Source of the DNA: an uncultured Candidatus Saccharibacteria bacterium
Lineage (GTDB): Bacteria; Patescibacteriota; Minisyncoccia; Phycocordibacterales; Zambryskibacteraceae
Reading direction: 5' to 3'
Length of the DNA: 53,132 bases
Assembly: GCA_964553285.1 (NCBI GenBank)
Contig: CAZKKF010000002.1
Span: forward strand, 1-53,132
The notes beneath the pieces were generated by a model. The model was not told the DNA's origin. It made no database searches and saw only the letters and a program-made list of their open reading frames with translations. The position numbers were made by a program, and so were the translations under genes. Numbering within the stretch: position 1 is the first letter of the stretch; each line of letters begins with the position of its first letter. Shown here piece by piece: positions 1-9,207 of the stretch.

Positions 1-1
1 G

Positions 2-193
2 GTCAATCCCCTGCTTGCGGCCGCCTTTGGCGGGCACGAAGAGCTTAGGGATAATTATTTTCAAGTCGGCCAGTCAAAGATAATGTGGGGAGAAGTGCTC
101 TCTACCGGCCTGGATTTTCTCATCATCGCCTTCGTCATCTACTACGGAGTAAAAGTGATAGGCTTGGAGAAGCTCGACAAGCCAAAAAACTAA
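2..193 (+). CDS. mscL: MscL large-conductance mechanosensitive channel, C-terminal fragment (5' end outside window)
   Basis: Frame 2 is open from the window edge to TAA 191-193: VNPLLAAAFGG...IMWGEVLSTGLDFLIIAFVIYYGVKVIGLEKLDKPKN. This matches the DFLI(I/V)AF.I TM2/C-terminal pattern of MscL. It is missing from the ORF track only because it has no start codon in the window. Confidence 0.6.
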   Translation, partial: VNPLLAAAFGGHEELRDNYFQVGQSKIMWGEVLSTGLDFLIIAFVIYYGVKVIGLEKLDKPKN

Positions 194-1320
194 TGACAGG
201 ACTGCCTGCCAAAATCCTCCTTGCCGCATGCGTGTTGTGCGCGCCCATCGCTTTGCCGGCGCAGGAGCTATACGTTGACCTGCAGGGTATATACCGCGCC
301 AAGGTGGTGGAGGTAAAGAGCGAAGAAGTCCTGGCTTTGCCCGGGCTTGGCACGGAAGTTTTGGTGCAAAGCCTTGAAGTGGAATTTCTTGAAGGCCCTG
401 GGAAGGGAGAGGTGGTGGAAGTGCAAAATGACTATGCCCGTTTTTATAAGGGAGACAAGCTTTTCGTAAATTATCTCAAAACCATAAACGGCGATGAGAT
501 ACATTCCGTGCGCGAGGCGGACAGGCTCGGCAACATTATGGTCTTGGTGGCGATTTTTGCCGTAGCAGTCATCCTCTTTGGGCGAAAGCAAGGCGCGCGC
601 TCTCTTCTTGCCCTTGCGGTGAGCATTGCGGCAATAGTTTTCATCCTGATACCACTGCTTCTGAAAGGGGTAAATCCCCTCGTGGCAAGCACAATGGTCG
701 CATCGGGCATCTTGGTCTTTGCCATACTTGCAACGCACGGCTTCAACCGCGAATCTTTGGCGGCACTCATAGGCACCGTATCGGCAGTGTGCATCACTTC
801 CCTTCTGGCGGGCTTTGCGGTGGATGCCGCAAAGCTAATAGGATTCTTTTCCGATGAAACGGTTTTTCTAAACATGCAGACCGGCGGAGCCTTGGACTTT
901 CGCGGACTACTTCTGGGCGGCATTATTATAGGAACGCTTGGAGTACTGGACGACATAGCTATCACCCAAGCGGCAGTGGTGCGAGAACTCAAGCTTGCAA
1001 ACGACTCTCTTACAAAGAAAGAGATTTTCCACAAAGCTATGCGTGTCGGGCGCGAGCATGTGGGAGCGCTGGTAAACACTCTGGCCCTTGCTTATACCGG
1101 TGCGGCCCTGCCTTTGATACTTCTCTTTTACAGCTCTGAAGCGCCGATACGGCTGATTATCTCCGGCGAAAATGTATCAACCGAAATAGTGCGCACTTTG
1201 GTGGGAGGTTTGGGGCTCATCCTTGCAGTGCCTATCACCACTTATGTAGCAGTGAGGCTTGTAAAAGCGAAAGGAAGCGGCGGCGGACACTCACATTCTC
1301 ACGGGCACGCACACAACTAA
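193..1320 (+). CDS. YibE/F-like polytopic membrane protein with His-rich C-terminal tail
   Basis: ORF 85-1320. The likely start is ATG 193 (TAATG overlap with the mscL stop), giving MTGLPAKILLAACVLCAPIALPAQ, then a soluble N-domain and multiple TM helices. The tail is GGGHSHSHGHAHN. Confidence 0.55.
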   Translation: MTGLPAKILLAACVLCAPIALPAQELYVDLQGIYRAKVVEVKSEEVLALPGLGTEVLVQSLEVEFLEGPGKGEVVEVQNDYARFYKGDKLFVNYLKTINGDEIHSVREADRLGNIMVLVAIFAVAVILFGRKQGARSLLALAVSIAAIVFILIPLLLKGVNPLVASTMVASGILVFAILATHGFNRESLAALIGTVSAVCITSLLAGFAVDAAKLIGFFSDETVFLNMQTGGALDFRGLLLGGIIIGTLGVLDDIAITQAAVVRELKLANDSLTKKEIFHKAMRVGREHVGALVNTLALAYTGAALPLILLFYSSEAPIRLIISGENVSTEIVRTLVGGLGLILAVPITTYVAVRLVKAKGSGGGHSHSHGHAHN

Positions 1321-1327
1321 AAAACAA

Positions 1328-2404
1328 ATGGGTACCGAATGGAAAGTTTTCATAAAAACGGAAGACGTCTGGGACGCGATGAAAGAGCTTTGTCTCAACG
1401 CAAAAAAAGAGATTCTTTGCGAGCAGTTTATCCTGGACACCGATGAGGCTGGCCTTGAATTGCTGGATATATTGGCCCAAAAATCAGCAGAGGGGGTGAA
1501 GGTGCAAATACTTTGCGACATGGTGGGATCGGTGGGGCTGTTTACCAGCCCCACTTTGCAAAAGAAGCTCACGGACGCGGGAGTGGAGCTTGCCTTCTGG
1601 AATCCGGTCAAGCTGTGGCGCATAGACACTTTCTTTTCCTGGTTCTTCCGTGACCACAGGAAAATGCTGGTGGTGGACGAAGAGCACGGCATGCTCGGGG
1701 GAGCGGGCCTGAGGGAGGACATGAGAGAGTGGTGGGATGCCCATGTGGAAGTGTCCGGCCCCGTAACGGCGGAGATGAAGCATTCTTTTATGGAGATGTG
1801 GGCGCTTGCTCACGAAAAAAGGTTGCTCAAAAGGATAAAGCAGAGAAAGACCATATCAAAAGGATTTGAGTTTGTGGCCAATGCACCGTCCAGAAAGTCC
1901 CACCACCTGTATAACGCCATTTTGGCCGCCATCAAAAACGCAAAGGAATTTATAAACATCACCACTCCCTACTTCATACCGGACAAGAGGCTAAAGAGGG
2001 CCTTGATCCAGGCAGCCAGAAGAAAAGTGTCGGTAAACATACTGGTGCCAAAAGTCTCAAACCATATCTGGGCCGACAGGGCGAGCCAGGCCATGTTTGC
2101 CGATCTTCTGGCGGAAAATATAAACATACTCACCTACGGACCGGACATGATACACGCCAAAACCATAGTCATAGACAACAAGTGGGCAACGGTGGGCTCC
2201 ATGAACCTGGATTCCCTTTCTCTGTCATTCAACTACGAGGCAAACCTGGTTTCCACAAACAGCAATTTTGCAAAATATTTAACCATGCTCTTTGAGGACA
2301 ACATGGACAATACCGAGAGAGTCATAGAATGGAGCTGGAGAAAACGCGGCATCAGGCGCAAACTCCTTGAGCGCATTGCCTGGCTGTTTCGCAAAGTGCT
2401 GTAA
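1328..2404 (+). CDS. phospholipase D / cardiolipin synthase-like protein (two HKD motifs, no N-terminal TM)
   Basis: HRKMLVVDEEHGMLGGAGL and HAKTIVIDNKWATVGSMNLD are two HxK(x)4D(x)6G motifs. Confidence 0.8.
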   Translation: MGTEWKVFIKTEDVWDAMKELCLNAKKEILCEQFILDTDEAGLELLDILAQKSAEGVKVQILCDMVGSVGLFTSPTLQKKLTDAGVELAFWNPVKLWRIDTFFSWFFRDHRKMLVVDEEHGMLGGAGLREDMREWWDAHVEVSGPVTAEMKHSFMEMWALAHEKRLLKRIKQRKTISKGFEFVANAPSRKSHHLYNAILAAIKNAKEFINITTPYFIPDKRLKRALIQAARRKVSVNILVPKVSNHIWADRASQAMFADLLAENINILTYGPDMIHAKTIVIDNKWATVGSMNLDSLSLSFNYEANLVSTNSNFAKYLTMLFEDNMDNTERVIEWSWRKRGIRRKLLERIAWLFRKVL

Positions 2405-2479
2405 ACATTTGATAATAAGGCCTTACTACGCTATAATAAAAAGAACGAAGTAACAGTCCGCCCAAAAACACCCAAATTC

Positions 2480-3004
2480 GTGTATCAGAGAACCAGAATA
2501 AACTTAATGATAAAAGCTCCCACTCTAAGGGTCATTGGAGCCGAGGGAGAAAACATAGGCATCATAAGCAGGGAGGAAGCCATGCAAAAAGCCCTGGAAG
2601 CCGGTCTTGATCTGATAGAGATATCGCCAAACGCCAACCCGCCGGTAGCGAAGATAATGAACTACGGCAAATGGCAGTATGCAGAGGCCAAGAAGCTAAA
2701 ACAAGCTAAAGCAAAAACTCACCAGGTAGAGGTAAAAAACATACAGGTAAAAATAGGCACCGGGGAGCACGACCTGTCCCTCAAAGCGCGCAAAGCGTCA
2801 GAGTGGCTAAAGGAGGGCAACCGCATAAAGATAGACCTCTTCCTGCCGGGCCGTACCAAATACCTTGATCAAAAATTTCTTAAGGAAAGGATGGACAGGT
2901 TTTTGAACCTGATTACCGAAGAGTTTGTTGTTGCAGACCCGGCCAAAAAAAGCCCCAAGGGCATGACGGCGATTATAGAAAAAGGCAAAAGCAAGCAGGC
3001 CTAA
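2480..3004 (+). CDS. infC: translation initiation factor IF-3
   Basis: [63 protein letters not shown] matches the IF-3 N and C domains. The start is non-ATG (GTG 2480), as is common for infC. TTGATA-N17-TATAAT lies upstream at about 2410-2440. Confidence 0.9.
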   Translation: [174 protein letters not shown]

Positions 3005-3017
3005 AACACAGCCTCAC

Positions 3018-3044
3018 AAAAGCCCCCATTTGGGGGCTTTTGTT
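3018..3044. terminator. bidirectional intrinsic terminator between convergent infC and rplT
   Basis: AAAAGCCCCC-attt-GGGGGCTTTT stem with A/T runs on both sides. Confidence 0.75.
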
Positions 3045-3074
3045 ATTTCCTACTGTCCGAACAGAATACAAGGA

Positions 3075-3422
3075 TTAGGAGCGAGCTTTCTCTGCTATTG
3101 ATTCAAATACCTTGGGTCTACCGTGGGCAAGCTCGGATAGAACTTTGCGGTTGAGCCTGATGTCTGACTTCTTAAGGTCGCCGATAAACTTGCTGTATGA
3201 CATGCCGAGAGGCCTTAGAGCGGCATTAAGCTTGACTGTCCAGAGTTTTCTGAAGTCTCCCTTCTTGTCTCTGCGATGAGCAAAAGCATAACTGCCGGCG
3301 TGGAGTATCGCCTCCTGGGCCTGGCGCTCTTTTGTTGATCTGCCGAAACGATAGCCCTTGGCCATCTTGAGCAGATTGCGGCGGTATTTGAGTGCATTGA
3401 CTCCTTTCTTTACTCTTGTCAT
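3075..3422 (-). CDS. rplT: 50S ribosomal protein L20
   Basis: MTRVKKGVNALKYRRNLLKMAKGYRFGRS... is a canonical L20 N-terminus. Confidence 0.95.
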   Translation of the reverse strand: MTRVKKGVNALKYRRNLLKMAKGYRFGRSTKERQAQEAILHAGSYAFAHRRDKKGDFRKLWTVKLNAALRPLGMSYSKFIGDLKKSDIRLNRKVLSELAHGRPKVFESIAEKARS

Positions 3423-3428
3423 TTCAGT

Positions 3429-3620
3429 TTATAGATTAGCTAGAAAACGGCTTCCGGCCTTATTGGAAATAGTAAAAGAAGCAGAACGCTTCCTGTTGAG
3501 GCGTGCCCTTCGAGACTCCTTGGCATTGAAATGGTTCTGCCCAGGGGCGCGAGCCAAAACCTTGCCTGTTTTGGTTACTTTGAGCCTCTTTGAAAACGAT
3601 TTGTTGGTTTTTATAGCCAT
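3429..3620 (-). CDS. rpmI: 50S ribosomal protein L35
   Basis: MAIKTNKSFSKRLKVTKTGKVLARAPGQNHFNAK. The internal ATG at 3620 was chosen over the track start at 3656. Confidence 0.9.
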   Translation of the reverse strand: MAIKTNKSFSKRLKVTKTGKVLARAPGQNHFNAKESRRARLNRKRSASFTISNKAGSRFLANL

Positions 3621-3715
3621 AATTTGGACCTCAAAACACGAAAGGAGATTATACATCTTTCCCAGCCCAAAGCAAGCGCCAGGCCGGCCTGAGGCCCTGA
3701 TATGGGGTTTCCGGC

Positions 3716-5086
3716 CTAAAGCACGTACTCCACACCCTTTTGCATAACGGTAGCCTCGACTCCAACCTCGTCCTTCAGCCTCTGAGAAAGGAATGTGGCG
3801 GATTTCAGCTCTCCCATGGCCACAAACACGCGCTTGGGCTTGGGCTCAAAACCCTCCACGAAAGCCGTCAGACCGTCAGAGTCTCTGTGGCCGGAAAAAC
3901 CCTTTATGGTAACCACCTCGGCCCTCACAGAGACGGGCTTGTCGTCTATCATCACTTCCCCCGCCCCCTCTTCTATCTGTCTTCCCAAAGTTCCGGGCGA
4001 CTGGTATCCGGTGAAAATTATCATGGCGTTGGAGTCCGGCAGATATTTTATTTCGTGAGACAAAACTCTTCCGCCGGTTGACATGCCTGACCCTGCCAGG
4101 ATTATCTTGGGGCCGGGCACGGCGGCGATGTTTTCCGACTGGGACCTTTTGGCGGTTTCCTTGAGGCGGGAGAAACGAAAGATCTTATCGCCGGAACGTA
4201 TTTCCTCCCGAGCGCTTTCGTTGTACAGGTCAAAGGCCCTTTCGTATTCTTCGGTGATTTTGATAGCGAGGGGCGAATCAAGAAAAACCGGCACAGAAGT
4301 GAGTTTGCCGCCTTCAATGAAGTTATCAAGCAAGAAGAGCATCTCCTGCGTCCTCTCCAGAGAAAAGACGGGGATTATAACCGTGGCCTTGCGGGAAACA
4401 GCCCTCTTTAAGGTTTCGAGCAAAATCTCTTCTCTTTTGTCTCTGTTTTCGTGAAGACGGTCGCCGTAGACGCTTTCCATAAGCACATAATCCGCATAAG
4501 GCACTTTGTCGGTGTCTTTGAGCAATACGGCCGGCGAGTTGCCCAGATCTCCGGTAAAGAGAATGCTCTTGTCCAAGGCTCCTTGCTTCACCTTTACCAG
4601 ATACATGGCGGAACCCAAAATATGGCCTGCATCGTAAGCAGTAACACCTACACCCTGCAGAGGTGAAAAATCTTTGTAGTAAGACACCACCTCCCAACGG
4701 GACATGATGTCTATCACATCCCTTTCGGTAAACACCGGCCTTCGGCTTTCTTTCTCGGCTCTTGCAATCTCCAAACGCAAAGCGTCATTGAGCATCAGAG
4801 CCGCAAGCTCCTTGGTTTCCGGTGTGGAGTAAACCGTCCCCGAAAAGCCGGCGGCCGATATGGTGCCAAGCCTGCCCACATGGTCTATGTGCGAGTGAGT
4901 AACCAAAATCACAGACACAAGCGCGGGGTTGAAAAGAAAATCCTTTCCATTGCTCCCCTCCTGAAGGCCGTTCCCCTGGCTCATGCCGCAGTCAACGAGC
5001 AAAGTGCCCGCCGGAGTTTGGAGCATAAAGTTTGAACCCGTTACTTCTTCCGCACCGCCGAATGCTGTTAGTTTTATATCACTCAT
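3716..5086 (-). CDS. MBL-fold / beta-CASP RNA-metabolising hydrolase (RNase J/CPSF-like)
   Basis: HSHIDHVG metallo-beta-lactamase motif near the N-terminus. The length of about 455 aa and the C-terminal GHRDSDGL-type motif are typical of the beta-CASP family. Confidence 0.75.
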   Translation of the reverse strand: MSDIKLTAFGGAEEVTGSNFMLQTPAGTLLVDCGMSQGNGLQEGSNGKDFLFNPALVSVILVTHSHIDHVGRLGTISAAGFSGTVYSTPETKELAALMLNDALRLEIARAEKESRRPVFTERDVIDIMSRWEVVSYYKDFSPLQGVGVTAYDAGHILGSAMYLVKVKQGALDKSILFTGDLGNSPAVLLKDTDKVPYADYVLMESVYGDRLHENRDKREEILLETLKRAVSRKATVIIPVFSLERTQEMLFLLDNFIEGGKLTSVPVFLDSPLAIKITEEYERAFDLYNESAREEIRSGDKIFRFSRLKETAKRSQSENIAAVPGPKIILAGSGMSTGGRVLSHEIKYLPDSNAMIIFTGYQSPGTLGRQIEEGAGEVMIDDKPVSVRAEVVTIKGFSGHRDSDGLTAFVEGFEPKPKRVFVAMGELKSATFLSQRLKDEVGVEATVMQKGVEYVL

Positions 5087-5092
5087 GAGACA

Positions 5093-5458
5093 TCAATTAT
5101 AAATCTTATAAACAAAAACGCCGAACATCGCACCCGCCACAGAGGCCAAAGCGTCTCCTGCGGTATCAAAGAAAAGGCCGGATGATATGAATGTCATGCC
5201 GGTAGCGTACTCAAACATTTCCCACAAAAAAGATACACCCAGCACCCCCGCCATGGCCCACACATACTGCCTTCCACCCGCAAAGACCGCGGCAAAGAGG
5301 ATACCGAGGGAAAGCCCGACCAAAACATGCACCCCTTTGTCCGCCATATCAAACCTCCAATACCAGGCAAAGCGGAGAGCCTGGGTGTGCGCAAAAAGAG
5401 CTGACGCGGCTACCGCCAGAGACGCAAGCAGAGATACATGGCGGCGCGTTATGTTCAT
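5093..5458 (-). CDS. VanZ-like small membrane protein
   Basis: Four hydrophobic segments. DKGVHVLVGLSLG and WEMFEY...FDTAGDALASVAGAMFG resemble VanZ-family motifs. ATG 5458 was chosen because a TATAAT (5473-5468) lies inside the longer track ORF. Confidence 0.45.
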   Translation of the reverse strand: MNITRRHVSLLASLAVAASALFAHTQALRFAWYWRFDMADKGVHVLVGLSLGILFAAVFAGGRQYVWAMAGVLGVSFLWEMFEYATGMTFISSGLFFDTAGDALASVAGAMFGVFVYKIYN

Positions 5459-5481
5459 GATATGCAAATTATAGCGCACAA

Positions 5482-5672
5482 ATGAGAATGCCGTCCCCTG
5501 TGCGAGACGGCATGCTTATGGGACCGCAGAGTATCAATTTCCTAGCCCTATGGGCCAGGTGGGTTTCCGCAGGAGAGGGATCATGTGCGGCCATGGGCCG
5601 CGCAGCTTCTCGTCTCCGATTTAGGAATCCCTGAAAAAAATCGTTTGGAAATAATACCCTGCGATCCTGTCT
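5482..5672 (-). ncRNA. candidate ~185-nt structured small RNA (class unknown)
   Basis: Minus-strand TTGAGG(5703-5698)-N17-TATAAT(5680-5675). A long closing helix pairs GGAUCGCAGGGUAUUAUUUCC with GGAAAUUGAUACUCUGCGGUCC, and there are internal hairpins (GCGGCC/GGCCGC). The 3' hairpin is ATGCCGTC/GACGGCAT (5488-5513) followed by a U-rich tail. No credible ORF. Confidence 0.3.
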
Positions 5673-5789
5673 GGATTATACGCCCGCCCCAACCCAACCT
5701 CAATCAGAAAGCGCTGTGCATAATGAATAAGAAAACACAAAGCGGCACGGCTACAATACATAGCGAAAAACAGGCCCAAGCGAAGCCTC

Positions 5790-5822
5790 AAAAAACAGCC
5801 CCGTCTGAGGGGGCCGTTTTTT
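5790..5822. terminator. terminator downstream of ndk (symmetric A/T flanks)
   Basis: aaaaaaca-GCCCC-gtctgag-GGGGC-cgtttttt. Confidence 0.6.
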
Positions 5823-5843
5823 AGCAAACAAAGATATCGCCGT

Positions 5844-6443
5844 TTATTCCAAAATGCCGTCCAGGTTGATATCGTACAGAATCTTTTCCTGAAGAAGCGC
5901 ATAGGATATAAGTTCTTCCGGAGAAAACCAGATGCTTATTTCCCTTTCCGCCTCGGATGGCTGGTCGGAGCAGTGAATGAGGTTGCGCACGGCCCTTCCG
6001 TCGGTGTTGGCGATATCGTAGGAGTCCAGGGTAAAATCACCGCGGATGGTGCCTACGTCTGAGGTGGTGGGTTCCGTGCCGCCAACGAGCTTTTTGACTA
6101 TGGCCACAGACTGGTTGCCCTCCACTACCATGCCCACTATCGGGCCGCACATGAAGTACTTGTACAGGGCCGACAGCACGTCTCTGCCGTACTCTATGGC
6201 AGGCTTCTGAGGCTCTCGCCCGTCTTTCTTGAGGTTTTCAACGGTACGCTCGCCCACTTTCTCGCACCAGGCATCGTCTTTGCCGTAGTGCCTTTGGGTG
6301 CGATCCTGATCCGGCACAAACATTTTCAAAGCTATCACCTTAAGGCCCGATCTCTCGATGCGGTTTATAATTTCGCCAACCAGGGAACGCTGTATTCCAT
6401 CGTGTTTTATGGCCACGAATGTTCTTTCTTTTTTGGGGTGCAT
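5844..6443 (-). CDS. ndk: nucleoside diphosphate kinase (long form)
   Basis: ERTFVAIKHDGIQRSLVGEIINRIERSGLKVIALKM plus NLIHCSD (active-site His region). Start taken at MHPKKERTF. Confidence 0.85.
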   Translation of the reverse strand: MHPKKERTFVAIKHDGIQRSLVGEIINRIERSGLKVIALKMFVPDQDRTQRHYGKDDAWCEKVGERTVENLKKDGREPQKPAIEYGRDVLSALYKYFMCGPIVGMVVEGNQSVAIVKKLVGGTEPTTSDVGTIRGDFTLDSYDIANTDGRAVRNLIHCSDQPSEAEREISIWFSPEELISYALLQEKILYDINLDGILE

Positions 6444-6488
6444 GGATTGAAAGCTTACAGTGAAATAAAAAAGTTTCAAGCAAAAAAC

Positions 6489-7259
6489 CTAGCTCGCAGT
6501 CAGCACAATGGCGCCGTCATCGGTTATGGCTACGGTATGCTCAAAGTGGGCGGCATTGGAACCATCGGCGGTCTTGTATGTGTATCCGTCTCTCCCAAGC
6601 GCAATTTCTTTTGTACCGATGGCAAACATGGGTTCAATGGCAATGACCATACCGGGCCTTAGGGAAAGACCATGCCCTTTTATGCCGGTATTTGGCACAT
6701 ACGGGTCTTCGTGAATGGATCGCCCCACTCCGTGGCCGGACAAGCCTTCGCATATTTTGAAGTTGGTTTTTCTCGCCACCAACTCAACCGCCGCACCTAT
6801 GTCCCCCAAAAACCCTCCGGGGCGGCAGGCCAGAATAGCGTCATGCAAGGCTCTCTCGGTGGCGGCTATGAGATGCTCGTCCTCCGTTGATATGCGGCCC
6901 ACGGGTACGGTAACCGCAGAATCGGTGATAAGACCTTCGTGTATTATCCCAAGGTCAATGGATACAATGTCCCCTTCCTTCAAGGTCCTGGCGTTTTTGC
7001 TAGGAATGCCGTGCACTATTTCATCGTTTACCGAAACGCAGACAGCCGCCGGGTAAGGTTTTCTTGCCCCTTCCGGACGATAGTTCAGGAACGCAGGCAC
7101 CACGCCCCTGCTCTTGCAGCGCTTCAAGGCCATGGCGTTTATTTCATTCAGGGAAACTCCGGGATGCGCCATTGAGGCAAGCTCTGCGAGTATGCCGGCG
7201 TGTATTTTGCCGCCTTCGCGCATGGTCTTTATCTCTGAAGGAGTCTTGAGATGTATCAT
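6489..7259 (-). CDS. map: methionine aminopeptidase type I
   Basis: Full-length MetAP pattern: VCVSVNDEIVHGIP, DIVSIDLG, GHGVGRSIHE, IAIEP, EHTV. Confidence 0.95.
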   Translation of the reverse strand: MIHLKTPSEIKTMREGGKIHAGILAELASMAHPGVSLNEINAMALKRCKSRGVVPAFLNYRPEGARKPYPAAVCVSVNDEIVHGIPSKNARTLKEGDIVSIDLGIIHEGLITDSAVTVPVGRISTEDEHLIAATERALHDAILACRPGGFLGDIGAAVELVARKTNFKICEGLSGHGVGRSIHEDPYVPNTGIKGHGLSLRPGMVIAIEPMFAIGTKEIALGRDGYTYKTADGSNAAHFEHTVAITDDGAIVLTAS

Positions 7260-7853
7260 TTAGATCTTCAATTTTGAAATAATTTCCTCGTGCACCGCTT
7301 CTATCGGCTGTTCTCCGTTTATATCCAGAAAATCGTAATAAGGCTCGCTTTTATAATATTCAATAGCGGGAATCACGTCCGCGGCAAACCAGGCCAGGCG
7401 TTTTTCGTTTTTTTCCCTGCTTAGGTCATCCTGCCTTCCTCGGCTCTCGAGCCTTTGATGAGACCATTCATCCGAAACGTTGAGATAGACAATGGTGGGC
7501 TTCATAAACTGCAAAAACTTCAGAGCCGTTTCAAGCATAAACGCCTCGTTTTTGGAGCGCGGAGTACCGTCAAACACAAGATGCGTGCCCTCGGTATATA
7601 CATCTATCAAAGATTCGGCCCACATATAGGCGGCAAGAAAATCGGGCTGTCTTACACCTGCTTTGTACGCTTCGTTTGATAATTTCTGCACATACTTGTC
7701 TCCTTTTATAAAATCCCTGAACATCTCGCCCGTCTCTATGGTTATGATGTCTCTGCCGGAATCCAGGTTTTTCAAATACTTCTCAAGAAGCTCCCTTTGG
7801 GTGCCTTTGCCGGATCCTGAACGGCCTATGAAAATAAAAGCTTGCGGGTTCAT
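7260..7853 (-). CDS. adk: adenylate kinase-like nucleoside monophosphate kinase
   Basis: P-loop FIGRSGSGKGTQ, and the position between secY and map is conserved. Confidence 0.8.
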   Translation of the reverse strand: MNPQAFIFIGRSGSGKGTQRELLEKYLKNLDSGRDIITIETGEMFRDFIKGDKYVQKLSNEAYKAGVRQPDFLAAYMWAESLIDVYTEGTHLVFDGTPRSKNEAFMLETALKFLQFMKPTIVYLNVSDEWSHQRLESRGRQDDLSREKNEKRLAWFAADVIPAIEYYKSEPYYDFLDINGEQPIEAVHEEIISKLKI

Positions 7854-7919
7854 CTGTTTACCCTTTCTAGCTTATAGGTTTTGGCGCAAAAAGCAAAAGC
7901 CTCTGCGAAAAAATGCGTA

Positions 7920-9191
7920 TTAGTACTCCCTGGCTGAAACCTGGGCATCAAGCTTCTTAACCAAATCAAGAACCACGGAAACAACGATGAGCAGAGCCGT
8001 ACCTCCTATGGCAAAGGCCTGAACGCCGGTGAGAGCCCTCATAATAAGAGGCAAAACGGCGATAAGACCGAGGAAGGTGGCGCCGACCAAAGTAAGGCGG
8101 GTAAGTATTCGTGCCACATACTGGGAGGTTGATGCGCCCGGGCGCACACCTGGTATGAAAGCTCCGTTTTTCTGCAGGTTGGTGGCAAGCATGTCCGGAT
8201 CAAAGGTAACGGCGGTATAGAAGTAAGTGAAGAGGAATATGAGCAGGAAGAAGGCTATGCCGTAGAACCACTGGTTGGCAAGAAGCACCAGTCCCCACTG
8301 GGCAAAGCTTCGCACAGCCATGTTGGAAGCTTCAGCCATAAAGTTGAGGAGCATCTGGGGGAATAGCAAAATGGAGAGGGCGAAGATTATGGGAATAACT
8401 CCCGCCTGGTTTATGCGGATAGGAAGGTAGGTTGATACGCCGCCGAACATGCGCATGCCCCTGACGCGCTTGGCATAGGTAACAGGTATCGGCCTTTCAG
8501 CCTCCGTTACCACCACCACTCCGAAGATGACCAAAGCGGCCACCACAAAGAAGGCAACATACAGGGGCAAATCGGCGGGAGTAAAGGTAAGCGCCAGCTG
8601 CATTACGCTCGTAGGCAAAGCGGAAATAATACCGGCAAAGATAACCAGCGATACGCCGTTGCCCACGCCATATTCGGTAATAAGCTCGCCTATCCACATG
8701 ACAAGCATGGCTCCTGCGGTAATGACTACCAGGTTGACGGCCATATCCATGCCGGAAAGACCGGAGATAACTCCCTGTCGAGAAAGAAGCGTGAGAAAGG
8801 CAAAGCCCTGAATGAGTGCCAATGGTACGGCAAGCATTCTTGAGTACTGGGCAAACTTTCTCTTTCCCGCTTCGCCTTCTTCCTGCTGCATCTGCTTGAG
8901 CTTCGGAATGAGAATAGTCATCAACTGCATAATGATGGAACCGGTAATGAAAGGCCCCACTCCAAGCATCATTATTGAAAGGTTTGAAAGGCCGCCGCCG
9001 GTAAAGACGTTGAGCAGACCCAGAAAGTCGTTTTGTGCAAAAAACTGCTCGAGGCGGAAGGCGTCAATGCCGGGTATCGGTATTACGGAAAGGGCGCGGA
9101 AGACAAGCAGGGCCACAATGGCAAAAAGCATGCGCTTGCGCATCACCGGGTCTTCCAACAGCAGGCGTATTTTTTGGAAAAGTGTTTTCAT
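7920..9191 (-). CDS. secY: preprotein translocase subunit SecY
   Basis: 423 aa, 10-TM pattern, LGVGPFITGSIIMQL and the conserved position after rplO. Confidence 0.95.
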   Translation of the reverse strand: MKTLFQKIRLLLEDPVMRKRMLFAIVALLVFRALSVIPIPGIDAFRLEQFFAQNDFLGLLNVFTGGGLSNLSIMMLGVGPFITGSIIMQLMTILIPKLKQMQQEEGEAGKRKFAQYSRMLAVPLALIQGFAFLTLLSRQGVISGLSGMDMAVNLVVITAGAMLVMWIGELITEYGVGNGVSLVIFAGIISALPTSVMQLALTFTPADLPLYVAFFVVAALVIFGVVVVTEAERPIPVTYAKRVRGMRMFGGVSTYLPIRINQAGVIPIIFALSILLFPQMLLNFMAEASNMAVRSFAQWGLVLLANQWFYGIAFFLLIFLFTYFYTAVTFDPDMLATNLQKNGAFIPGVRPGASTSQYVARILTRLTLVGATFLGLIAVLPLIMRALTGVQAFAIGGTALLIVVSVVLDLVKKLDAQVSAREY

Positions 9192-9207
9192 TTTGAAACC
9201 TTCTTAC

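Noticed and set aside
5482-5703. Assigning the two structured intergenic regions (5.5-5.7 kb and 50.7-51.0 kb) to SRP RNA, RNase P RNA or tmRNA
   Set aside because: I could not find the conserved cores. These are the SRP helix-8 GGAA tetraloop with AGCA, RNase P GGAAAGUCCGGGC / ACAGAAnCCGGCUUA at proper spacing, and the tmRNA tRNA-like 3' end with tag ORF. They are therefore left as class-unknown candidates.
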